From the NCBI GenBank assembly GCA_964602735.1, contig CAZRRV010000001.1, positions 38,900 to 102,899 of the forward strand: a DNA stretch of 64,000 nt, in the 5' to 3' direction. Of the stretch, positions 57,239 to 64,000 are shown one piece after another (position 1 is the first letter of the stretch; every line of letters starts with the position of its first letter). Below the pieces are notes generated by a model. It searched no databases. It was not told the origin of the DNA and saw only the letters and a list, made by a program, of their open reading frames with translations. Made by a program: the position numbers and the translations under genes. The stretch is from an uncultured Eubacteriales bacterium. GTDB taxonomy: Bacteria > Bacillota > Clostridia > Oscillospirales > Acutalibacteraceae.

Positions 57239-57823
57239 TTATCGGACGGCGGCGTTTATATATTCCACCGCTTTAACGGGGTCGGCCGTTTCCGTAAACA
57301 TGTTAATACATTCCGGACGGATAAATCCTTCGCTTACCGACCGGCGGAGAAAATTAAGCAGATCGTCATAATAATTGTTGGGGTTCCATAGAACAATCGG
57401 CTTGTTGTGTCTCTCCAAATTGCGCAGAGTCAGAACCTCGAAAAGTTCATCGAAAGTTCCCACACCTCCGGGAGCTACGATAAAAGCCGAAGACAATTCC
57501 TCCATCTTTTCTTTACGGTCGTGCAGGTTTACCGTTTTTATAATTTCGTCGCATCTGTCGTAAAGTACACCGTCAGGGAAAAAAGACGGAACAACACCGA
57601 TTACTCTGCCGCCGTAACGCTTCACACCCCGGGCAACCCAGCCCATAACGCCGCCGCCCCCCGCGCCGAAGACAAGAGTATGACCGGATTTTGCCATTGC
57701 CTCTCCAAGCTTTTGTGCCGATGAAGTGTAGATCTCCCCTATTTTTTCGCTTGCTGCGCCGAAAACGCAAATATTCAATTCTTTCAGCCCTTTCAAATGT
57801 TTTTTTCGAACCAACGCGCTCAA
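57239..57823 (-). CDS. LOG-family (TIGR00730) Rossmann-fold nucleotide-binding protein
   Basis: Contains NICVFGAAS, VFGAGGGGVMG and APGGVGTFDELFEV. No ATG is available, so the start is one of the TTG codons at 57823, 57796 or 57778. It ends 20 nt before the htpG start. Confidence 0.8.
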   Translation of the reverse strand: MSALVRKKHLKGLKELNICVFGAASEKIGEIYTSSAQKLGEAMAKSGHTLVFGAGGGGVMGWVARGVKRYGGRVIGVVPSFFPDGVLYDRCDEIIKTVNLHDRKEKMEELSSAFIVAPGGVGTFDELFEVLTLRNLERHNKPIVLWNPNNYYDDLLNFLRRSVSEGFIRPECINMFTETADPVKAVEYINAAVR

Positions 57824-58109
57824 CGATTACCGAACCGATATGCCGAACGACCCGGTTGATAAAGAAAACCGCGTGAACAGGCAAACGACGGAGCGGCAAT
57901 GTGCATCGCACGGAGTTGCTTTAATAATTATTATAACAAAAATCGAGCGAAAATTCCATAAAAAAAAATAAACGGATTTGTTGGCGCTCAGGATAAATTC
58001 TTTTGCTGTGCAATCAAAATTTTCACCGTCTCCTTCCCGATTACGATATCGGGTTTTAACTTCAAATAGTAATTTTTACCGAGTTTAATCACTTTTTTTG
58101 GGCAAAACC

Positions 58110-58138
58110 TTGAAAAACGCAAAAATCTGATGTATTAT
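58110..58138 (+). promoter_or_regulatory. Promoter of ackA
   Basis: TTGAAA (58110-58115), a 17-nt spacer, then TATTAT (58133-58138) preceded by TG. Confidence 0.55.
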
Positions 58139-58206
58139 AGCAAAGGTGAAATTTGAGTGTCCAGGTAAAATCGGAAAAGTTCAAAGTATACTGCGAGGTA
58201 ATATGA

Positions 58207-59406
58207 ATGAAAATTTTGGTTATCAACGCGGGCAGTTCGTCGCTTAAATATCAGTTTATCGATATGGAAAACGAGAGCCTGATTTGCAAAGGCGTTTGTG
58301 AGCGCATAGGAACATCAGGTATTATTACTCACACAGCAGGTAACGTTAAAACATCCAAAGAAACACCGATGCCCACACACAAAGAGGCTTTCGATGCCGT
58401 TATATCGGCTTTAACCGAAGGTGACGGTAAAGTTATCAATTCGGTAAAAGAAATTTCGGCCGTCGGTCACAGAATAGTTCAAGGCGGAGAAAAATATCAA
58501 AAATCATGTATTATAACCGACGAAGTAATTGATGCGATTGACGCGCTTAAATCGCTGGCCCCGTTGCACAATCCCGCGAATGTTCTGGGAATACGCGCGT
58601 GTAACGCGGTTTTAGGCGATAATGTGCCGCAGGTTGCGGTATTTGATACGGCGTTTCACCATTCGATGCCGGCGGTAGCGTATATGTACGCAATCCCTTA
58701 CAGGTATTACGAAAAATACGGAATAAGGCGTTACGGTTTTCACGGTACATCTCACTGCTATGTCAGCGGGAGATGTGCCGAACTTATGGGTAAAAATATT
58801 GAAAATTTAAGAATCGTAACCTGCCACCTCGGCAACGGCTGTTCGATTTCCGCCGTTAAAAACGGCCAGTGTATCGACACCAGCATGGGTTTCACCCCGC
58901 TCGACGGTATGATGATGGGTACCCGTTGCGGATCTCTCGACCCGTCGGTAGTGACATTCCTGATTGAAAAAGAGAGTTTAACTCCCGACGAGGCAGACTG
59001 CATATTAAATAAAGAGTCGGGTCTTTTGGGCGTGTCTGGCGTGTCTAACGACAGCAGAGATGTTGAAACCGCGGCGAAAAACGGCAACAAACGCGCGGCT
59101 CTCGCCTATGAAATGCAGGAATATCAGATAGCGAAATATATCGGTTCATATGCCGCGGCAATGGGCGGAATCGATGCGATAGTGTTTACCGGAGGTATAG
59201 GAGAAAACAATCCGGGCGTACGCGAATATGTATGTAATAAGCTTGCGTTTTTCGGTTTTACGCTCGACGGCAAAAAAAACAGCGCACGCGGTACCGAAAC
59301 GGAAATTTCTGCTCCCGGCTCAAAGGTAAGGGTATTTGTAATACCCACAAACGAGGAACTTGTTATCGCGCGCGATACGGCCGCACTGGTTGAAAGAGAG
59401 TGGTAA
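58207..59406 (+). CDS. ackA: Acetate kinase
   Basis: Contains MKILVINAGSSSLKYQ, GHRIVQGG, RYGFHGTSH and FTGGIGEN. Confidence 0.95.
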   Translation: MKILVINAGSSSLKYQFIDMENESLICKGVCERIGTSGIITHTAGNVKTSKETPMPTHKEAFDAVISALTEGDGKVINSVKEISAVGHRIVQGGEKYQKSCIITDEVIDAIDALKSLAPLHNPANVLGIRACNAVLGDNVPQVAVFDTAFHHSMPAVAYMYAIPYRYYEKYGIRRYGFHGTSHCYVSGRCAELMGKNIENLRIVTCHLGNGCSISAVKNGQCIDTSMGFTPLDGMMMGTRCGSLDPSVVTFLIEKESLTPDEADCILNKESGLLGVSGVSNDSRDVETAAKNGNKRAALAYEMQEYQIAKYIGSYAAAMGGIDAIVFTGGIGENNPGVREYVCNKLAFFGFTLDGKKNSARGTETEISAPGSKVRVFVIPTNEELVIARDTAALVEREW

Positions 59407-59413
59407 TAATATT

Positions 59414-60715
59414 ATGAATGCCTCCGGACTTAAAAAATCCATACAAAACGGCGAATACGACGAAACTTTTCAAAAACTTTACGGCGACGGGAATACCGAA
59501 CAAGCGGCAAAGCGCTATACAAGGGCGATTGATCGTTATACTGAAATTTTCGGAGACGGCGATTTAATGCTTTTCAGTGCGCCCGGACGTACCGAAGTAG
59601 GCGGCAATCACACCGATCACCAGCATGGATGCGTTTTAGCGGGAAGCGTAAATTTAGACGTAATAGCGGTGGTCTCCCCTACCGATGAACAGCGTATAAC
59701 CGTTCAGTCCGAGGGATTCCGTCGCGATGAAATCGACCTTAAGCAACTTTCTCCGGCACATGACGAAACCGAAAAAGCGGCGTCGCTTATCAGAGGAATG
59801 TGCGCTTATATATCGGAAGCGGGATATAAAATCGGAGGATTTAAGGCTTACACAATATCCGATGTTTTGCGCGGATCTGGCTTGTCGTCAAGCGCGGCTT
59901 TTGAAGTGTTAATAGGCACCGTCATAAATCATCTTTACAACGCCGGTTCGATAAGCCCGGTTGCAATAGCTCAGTATGCGCAAAAAGCCGAAAATAATTA
60001 TTTCGGAAAGCCGAGCGGACTTATGGATCAGATGGCAAGCGCCGTCGGCGGATTTACCGGTATGGATTTTCAGTCACCGAAACAGCCGGTTATCGAATCG
60101 GTTCAGTTTGATTTGGCGGCGAACGGCTACGCGATGTGTATAGTAAATACGGGAGGGAACCATGCCGATTTAACCCGTGATTACGCAGATGTTACCGCGG
60201 AAATGAGTTGCATTTCCGGGTTTTTCGGCAAAAATTTCCTGCGAGATGTCAACCCCTATGAAATACACGAACATATAAACGAACTGCGCAACAGGTACGG
60301 AGACCGTGCCGTTATGCGCGCTCTTAATTTTTTCAGGGAAAGCGACCGGGCGGTTGCCGAGAAAGAGGCTCTTAAAGAAGACCGTTTCCGTGATTTTTTG
60401 CGGCTTGTCAACGAATCCGGGAACGCTTCATTCAAATATCTGCAAAATGTTTATTCACCGTCGAATATTAACGAACAGGGTCTGTCGCTGGCACTTTTGC
60501 TTTCCGACGAAATACTTCACGGCGAAGGCGCGGTCAGAGTTCACGGCGGGGGGTTCGGCGGCACAATTCAGGCTTTTGTGCCTACGGGTCTGCTGAGCCG
60601 TTACCGCGAGCATATGGAAAATGTTTTCGGCAGAGGACAGGTTTATGTGTTAAATATCCGTCCGGTCGGCGGGACGCCGGTAAACAGGACATTACTGGAG
60701 GATTGTCAGTGCTAA
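59414..60715 (+). CDS. GHMP-family sugar kinase, galactokinase-like
   Basis: Contains APGRTEVGGNHTDHQHG (galactokinase-signature-like), the GHMP motif GSGLSSSAAF, and C-terminal HGGGFGG. The ATG at 59414 is preferred over the TTG at 59360, which overlaps ackA. Confidence 0.75.
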   Translation: MNASGLKKSIQNGEYDETFQKLYGDGNTEQAAKRYTRAIDRYTEIFGDGDLMLFSAPGRTEVGGNHTDHQHGCVLAGSVNLDVIAVVSPTDEQRITVQSEGFRRDEIDLKQLSPAHDETEKAASLIRGMCAYISEAGYKIGGFKAYTISDVLRGSGLSSSAAFEVLIGTVINHLYNAGSISPVAIAQYAQKAENNYFGKPSGLMDQMASAVGGFTGMDFQSPKQPVIESVQFDLAANGYAMCIVNTGGNHADLTRDYADVTAEMSCISGFFGKNFLRDVNPYEIHEHINELRNRYGDRAVMRALNFFRESDRAVAEKEALKEDRFRDFLRLVNESGNASFKYLQNVYSPSNINEQGLSLALLLSDEILHGEGAVRVHGGGFGGTIQAFVPTGLLSRYREHMENVFGRGQVYVLNIRPVGGTPVNRTLLEDCQC

Positions 60716-61110
60716 CGGGATTGTTGGAAAAGGAAAGCATATTTTCGATAGGGCTTAATGTTACCGTAACAGGCCTTGTGATTGTGTTTATGGGTCTTAT
60801 ACTACTGGTAATCGTAATTTCGGTTTTTTCTAAAATTTTTCACCGTAAAACAAAAAAAATAAAAAAATTCGCAAGCGACGCTGCCCGAAGAAAGACGGAA
60901 AATGTTGAGGTCTCCCCCGCCCTGCCCGAAGAAACAAATCCGGCGGAGGATGACATTAGGAATGAGGAAATAATCGCGGTTATTGCGGCTGCCGCAAGCG
61001 TGTATGACGGCAGCGGAAAAAAACCGGTAATAAAATCCGTGAAACGCTCGGAAACCGGGCGTTCGGTGTGGGCAACCGCGGGACTTATCGATAATACCAG
61101 AGCATTCTAA
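60703..61110 (+). CDS. OadG-family small membrane subunit of Na+-translocating decarboxylase
   Basis: 135 aa with a GTG start. It has a single N-terminal TM helix (GLNVTVTGLVIVFMGLILLVIVISVF) and the motif EEIIAVIAAAASVY. Overlaps the kinase gene by 13 nt. Confidence 0.7.
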   Translation: MSVLTGLLEKESIFSIGLNVTVTGLVIVFMGLILLVIVISVFSKIFHRKTKKIKKFASDAARRKTENVEVSPALPEETNPAEDDIRNEEIIAVIAAAASVYDGSGKKPVIKSVKRSETGRSVWATAGLIDNTRAF

Positions 61111-61125
61111 AACGGGGTGTAGAAA

Positions 61126-62364
61126 TTGGCGTTTCTCGATACTATCAGGGGAATTTTGGAAGAATCGGGCTTTGTCAGGCTTTTCCAAGGCGACGGCTGG
61201 AAAAATCTGATAATGATAGCCGTAGCATGCGTTTTGCTGTTTATGGCTATAAAAAAACAGTATGAACCTCTTTTGCTGTTGCCTATTGCTTTCGGCATGC
61301 TGCTGGCCAATTTGCCGGGAGCGGAAATGTTTCACAGCGAAATTTTTAATCCCAACGCCGATCAGGCGGTTCTCGACAGTATGTTCGGCCCGGGAACCAG
61401 ATTCTGGGATGACGGGCATCTGCTGGTCGGTCAGGTGGCAAAATACGGCGGCTTGCTCGATCTTCTTTATCTAGGAGTGAAACTCGGCATTTATCCCCCG
61501 CTTATTTTTCTCGGCATCGGTGCGATGACAGATTTTGCCCCTTTGATAGCCAATCCGAAAAGCTTTTTGCTCGGCGCCGCGGCGCAGGCGGGTATATTTT
61601 TCGCGTTTATAGGCGCTCTGCTTCTCGGAATGGATCCGAAAGTCGCCGCTTCTATCGGCATCATAGGCGGCGCAGACGGACCTACGGCAATTTTCGTAAC
61701 ATCAAAACTCGCGCCGGAATACCTCGGAGCAATCGCCGTGGCGGCGTATTCATATATGGCGCTCGTCCCGGTTATACAGCCGCCCATTATGAAACTGCTT
61801 ACGACAAAGAAAGAGCGTATGATACGAATGGATCAGTTGCGGCCGGTATCGAAAACCGAGAAAATTATTTTCCCGATTATGGTAACGGTGATTGTCTCTC
61901 TCCTGCTGCCGTCGGCCGCTCCGCTGATAGGAATGTTAATGCTCGGCAACCTGATGAAAGAAAGCGGCGTTGTAGATCGTATATGCAAAACCGCGCAAAA
62001 CGAACTTATGAATATTATCACTATTTTTCTCGGGCTTTCGGTTGGCGCCACAACAAACGGCTCTTCGTTTTTGCGGGTTGATACCCTTAAAATACTCGCA
62101 ATGGGGCTGTTGGCGTTTTGCGTCGGCACCGCGGCGGGTGTCCTGTTCGGAAAGCTTATGTGCGTATTGACCCACGGGAAAGTGAATCCGCTTATAGGTT
62201 CCGCGGGCGTTTCGGCTGTGCCTATGGCTGCACGCGTTTCGCAAAAAGTAGGTCAGGAGGCCGATCCCGGCAATTTCCTTCTTATGCACGCAATGGGGCC
62301 GAATGTAGCGGGGGTTATCGGATCCGCAGTCGCTGCCGGAGTGTTGCTTAATATGCTGGGATAA
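61126..62364 (+). CDS. Na+-translocating decarboxylase beta subunit (OadB/GcdB/MmdB family)
   Basis: 412-aa polytopic protein. Contains WKNLIMIAVACVLLFMAIKKQYEPLLLLPIAFGMLLANLPG and IGGADGPTAIF. TTG start. Confidence 0.88.
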   Translation: MAFLDTIRGILEESGFVRLFQGDGWKNLIMIAVACVLLFMAIKKQYEPLLLLPIAFGMLLANLPGAEMFHSEIFNPNADQAVLDSMFGPGTRFWDDGHLLVGQVAKYGGLLDLLYLGVKLGIYPPLIFLGIGAMTDFAPLIANPKSFLLGAAAQAGIFFAFIGALLLGMDPKVAASIGIIGGADGPTAIFVTSKLAPEYLGAIAVAAYSYMALVPVIQPPIMKLLTTKKERMIRMDQLRPVSKTEKIIFPIMVTVIVSLLLPSAAPLIGMLMLGNLMKESGVVDRICKTAQNELMNIITIFLGLSVGATTNGSSFLRVDTLKILAMGLLAFCVGTAAGVLFGKLMCVLTHGKVNPLIGSAGVSAVPMAARVSQKVGQEADPGNFLLMHAMGPNVAGVIGSAVAAGVLLNMLG

Positions 62365-62382
62365 AATGTAAAATATTCAATT

Positions 62383-63381
62383 ATGGAAACGAAAGAGACG
62401 ATGTATCGGGAAAAGACGGTAACGATAGAGAAAATTGACGGAGCGGCAGATATATTCGGCGATCTGGACGGGAATATTAAAGCTGTCGAAGCCGCCTTCG
62501 GTGTAACGGTTGTATACCGTGACGGTGCAATAAAAATTACGGGTGATAACGCCGACCTTGCCGGGCAGGCAATAAAATTACTCGATATGCGACTGAAAAA
62601 CGGAAACGGCACCGATTCCGCCGGTTTATCGTACGTTATTTCAATGTTAAAAAAGGGTAAAGCCGGCGAACTGAAAAAATTAACCGAATTCGTCGAGCCG
62701 ATTTGCATAACAGCACACGGCAAACCGGTAAAAGTAAAAACAATCGGTCAGATGCGTTATATTGAGGCAATAGACAACAGTACGATCACTTTCGGAGTAG
62801 GGCCTGCAGGTACGGGAAAAACATATCTTGCGGTAGCTTTGGCGGTTGATGCTTATAAAAAAAGGCATTGCAAAAAAATAATTCTGACAAGACCTGCGGT
62901 TGAGGCGGGCGAACAGCTGGGATTTCTGCCCGGCGATCTGCAACAGAAGATTGATCCGTATCTGCGACCGCTGTATGACGCGGTTTTTGATATGCTTGAC
63001 GGCGAAGATTTTACCCGTATGCGCGAGCACGGTGAAATTGAAGTAGTGCCGCTGGCGTATATGCGCGGCAGAACCTTAAACGACAGTTTTATTATTTTAG
63101 ACGAGGCGCAAAACACCACAAGCGGGCAGATGAAAATGTTCCTTACCCGCCTCGGTTCTAATTCAAAAGCCGTGATAACCGGAGATTTAACGCAAACCGA
63201 TTTGCCGGACAGATATAAATCCGGGCTGAAAGAAGCCGTTGGTTTGCTACGCGGAATCGATGATATTTCCGTTGTTTATTTAGACGAATCCGATGTTGTC
63301 AGAAACAGTCTGGTCCGTAAAATCATAGGCGCTTACGAGCGCGGCAATCACACCGAGAAAGGAAGCGGCAACATTGATTAA
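62383..63381 (+). CDS. phoH: PhoH-family ATPase
   Basis: Contains the Walker A motif GPAGTGKTYLAVA, FIILDEAQN and ITGDLTQTDL. Confidence 0.9.
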   Translation: METKETMYREKTVTIEKIDGAADIFGDLDGNIKAVEAAFGVTVVYRDGAIKITGDNADLAGQAIKLLDMRLKNGNGTDSAGLSYVISMLKKGKAGELKKLTEFVEPICITAHGKPVKVKTIGQMRYIEAIDNSTITFGVGPAGTGKTYLAVALAVDAYKKRHCKKIILTRPAVEAGEQLGFLPGDLQQKIDPYLRPLYDAVFDMLDGEDFTRMREHGEIEVVPLAYMRGRTLNDSFIILDEAQNTTSGQMKMFLTRLGSNSKAVITGDLTQTDLPDRYKSGLKEAVGLLRGIDDISVVYLDESDVVRNSLVRKIIGAYERGNHTEKGSGNID

Positions 63382-63871
63382 AGTAAAAGTAAATATCTCA
63401 GCCGATAAGAATGTTCAAAAGCTCCCGCACGGTTCACGCCTGTTGCTGAGGCGCGCCTGTAATGCCGTATTGCAAACCGAACGATTCCCCGACAACGCGG
63501 AAGTCAATATCATAATAGTTGACGACGACAGAATACGGGAAATGAACAGGTCGTTCCGCAATATCGACAGCGCTACCGATGTACTGTCGTTCCCGCTCGG
63601 AGAAAACGGCGTTTACGATACCAATCCCGAAACGGGATACAAAATGCTGGGTGAAATTGTCATTTCTTATCCTCACGCACTGCGCCAGGCGAAGGAATAT
63701 AATCATACCATTCAGCGCGAAATGGCTTTTTTAACCGTGCATTCAATGTTGCATTTGCTGGGATACGACCATACTGACGGCGAAAACAGGGCGGCTGAGA
63801 TGCGCGCCAAAGAAGAGGAAGTTCTGCTTTCACTCGGAGAATCCCGCGATAAACCTTATGAGGAAATTTAA
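63374..63871 (+). CDS. ybeY: rRNA maturation endoribonuclease YbeY
   Basis: Contains TDVLSFP and the metal motif HSMLHLLGYDH. The TTG start overlaps the end of phoH by 8 nt, with RBS AAGGAAG. Confidence 0.9.
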   Translation: MIKVKVNISADKNVQKLPHGSRLLLRRACNAVLQTERFPDNAEVNIIIVDDDRIREMNRSFRNIDSATDVLSFPLGENGVYDTNPETGYKMLGEIVISYPHALRQAKEYNHTIQREMAFLTVHSMLHLLGYDHTDGENRAAEMRAKEEEVLLSLGESRDKPYEEI

Positions 63872-63886
63872 CTGTCGGTGTAAATA

Positions 63887-64000
63887 TTGGAAAAAATTTT
63901 TGTAAACGGTCTTGTAGTCAACGAAACGGGCTATGGGGAAAACAGCCGCCTGATTACGGTACTTACCAAAGAGTACGGTATAATAAAAGCGTTTGCCACC
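63887..64000 (+). CDS. recO: DNA repair protein RecO, N-terminal 38 codons; continues beyond the window end
   Basis: My own translation from the TTG at 63887 gives LEKIFVNGLVVNETGYGENSRLITVLTKEYGIIKAFAT, which resembles the RecO OB-fold N-terminus (...DYGE..KI.T.L.). Confidence 0.6.
   Translation, partial: MEKIFVNGLVVNETGYGENSRLITVLTKEYGIIKAFAT

Noticed and set aside
57573-57911. A 112-aa minus-strand ORF spanning the LOG gene start and its leader.
   Set aside because: It is out of frame with the motif-bearing LOG reading frame, and the Arg-rich translation has no recognisable features.
57990-58035. A tiny minus-strand ORF (GTG-KILIAQQKNLS-stop) after an AAGGAG sequence.
   Set aside because: The spacing from Shine-Dalgarno to GTG is only 3 nt. 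The peptide is 12 aa with no supporting features, so this is most likely a chance occurrence.
1-64000. CRISPR arrays, IS elements or transposases, prophage genes, toxin-antitoxin pairs and recognisable defence systems.
   Set aside because: Reading all intergenic regions showed no repeat-spacer periodicity, and no ORF carries transposase, Cas, restriction or abortive-infection hallmarks. The only recombinase is treated separately as Xer-like.

Overview
This window reads as a core chromosomal segment of a Firmicute. Gene content and order suggest a Clostridia or Oscillospiraceae-like organism, GC looks roughly 50% by eye, and nearly every ORF is a recognisable housekeeping gene. I saw no CRISPR array, transposase, prophage or defence island.

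**Layout**
- **1-9.4 kb (minus strand):** partial nadE, a GT-C-like membrane protein, then a tightly coupled 8-gene operon. That operon holds six NAD(P)-type oxidoreductases, a type-I-dehydroquinase-like protein and an MBL-fold hydrolase. It has no transporter, regulator or kinase.
- **9.6-18.2 kb (plus):** a complete histidine operon. A small YerC/TrpR-like gene comes first, followed by hisZ-G-D-C-B-H-A-F-IE and a PHP-type histidinol phosphatase.
- **18.6-21.5 kb (minus):** cysE-cysS-rsmI.
- **21.7-23.9 kb:** coaX, an ECF S-component, then a THF riboswitch with terminator in front of folT.
- **23.9-29.2 kb:** a DUF4091/GH123-like gene, an orphan nucleotidyltransferase, a pyridoxal kinase, a CE7 esterase and rpmE.
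- **29.2-42.7 kb:** yigZ-dnaG-rpoD, a TSCPD protein, recJ-relA-hemZ-like, mtnN, a MOP flippase, hup and an S4-domain protein.
- **42.9-50.8 kb:** one long co-directional block of an LCP protein, murI, DUF1934, argS, metF and a split metH.
- **51-64 kb:** tRNA-Leu(UAA), an orphan fucose-isomerase-like gene and murC. Next come a XerS-like tyrosine recombinase with an adjacent palindromic site, and LOG-htpG on the minus strand. The window ends with ackA, a GHMP kinase, OadG/OadB, phoH-ybeY and partial recO.

**Best candidates for something undescribed**
1. The unassigned redox operon at 2.35-9.44 kb.
2. The lone XerS-like recombinase with a three-half-site, dif-like element at 54.05-54.10 kb.
3. 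The alpha-less OadG/OadB pair translationally coupled to a GHMP kinase.

All three are hypotheses. Nothing in this window is a demonstrably novel system from sequence alone. Family assignments come from my own reading of the translations, not from database searches.
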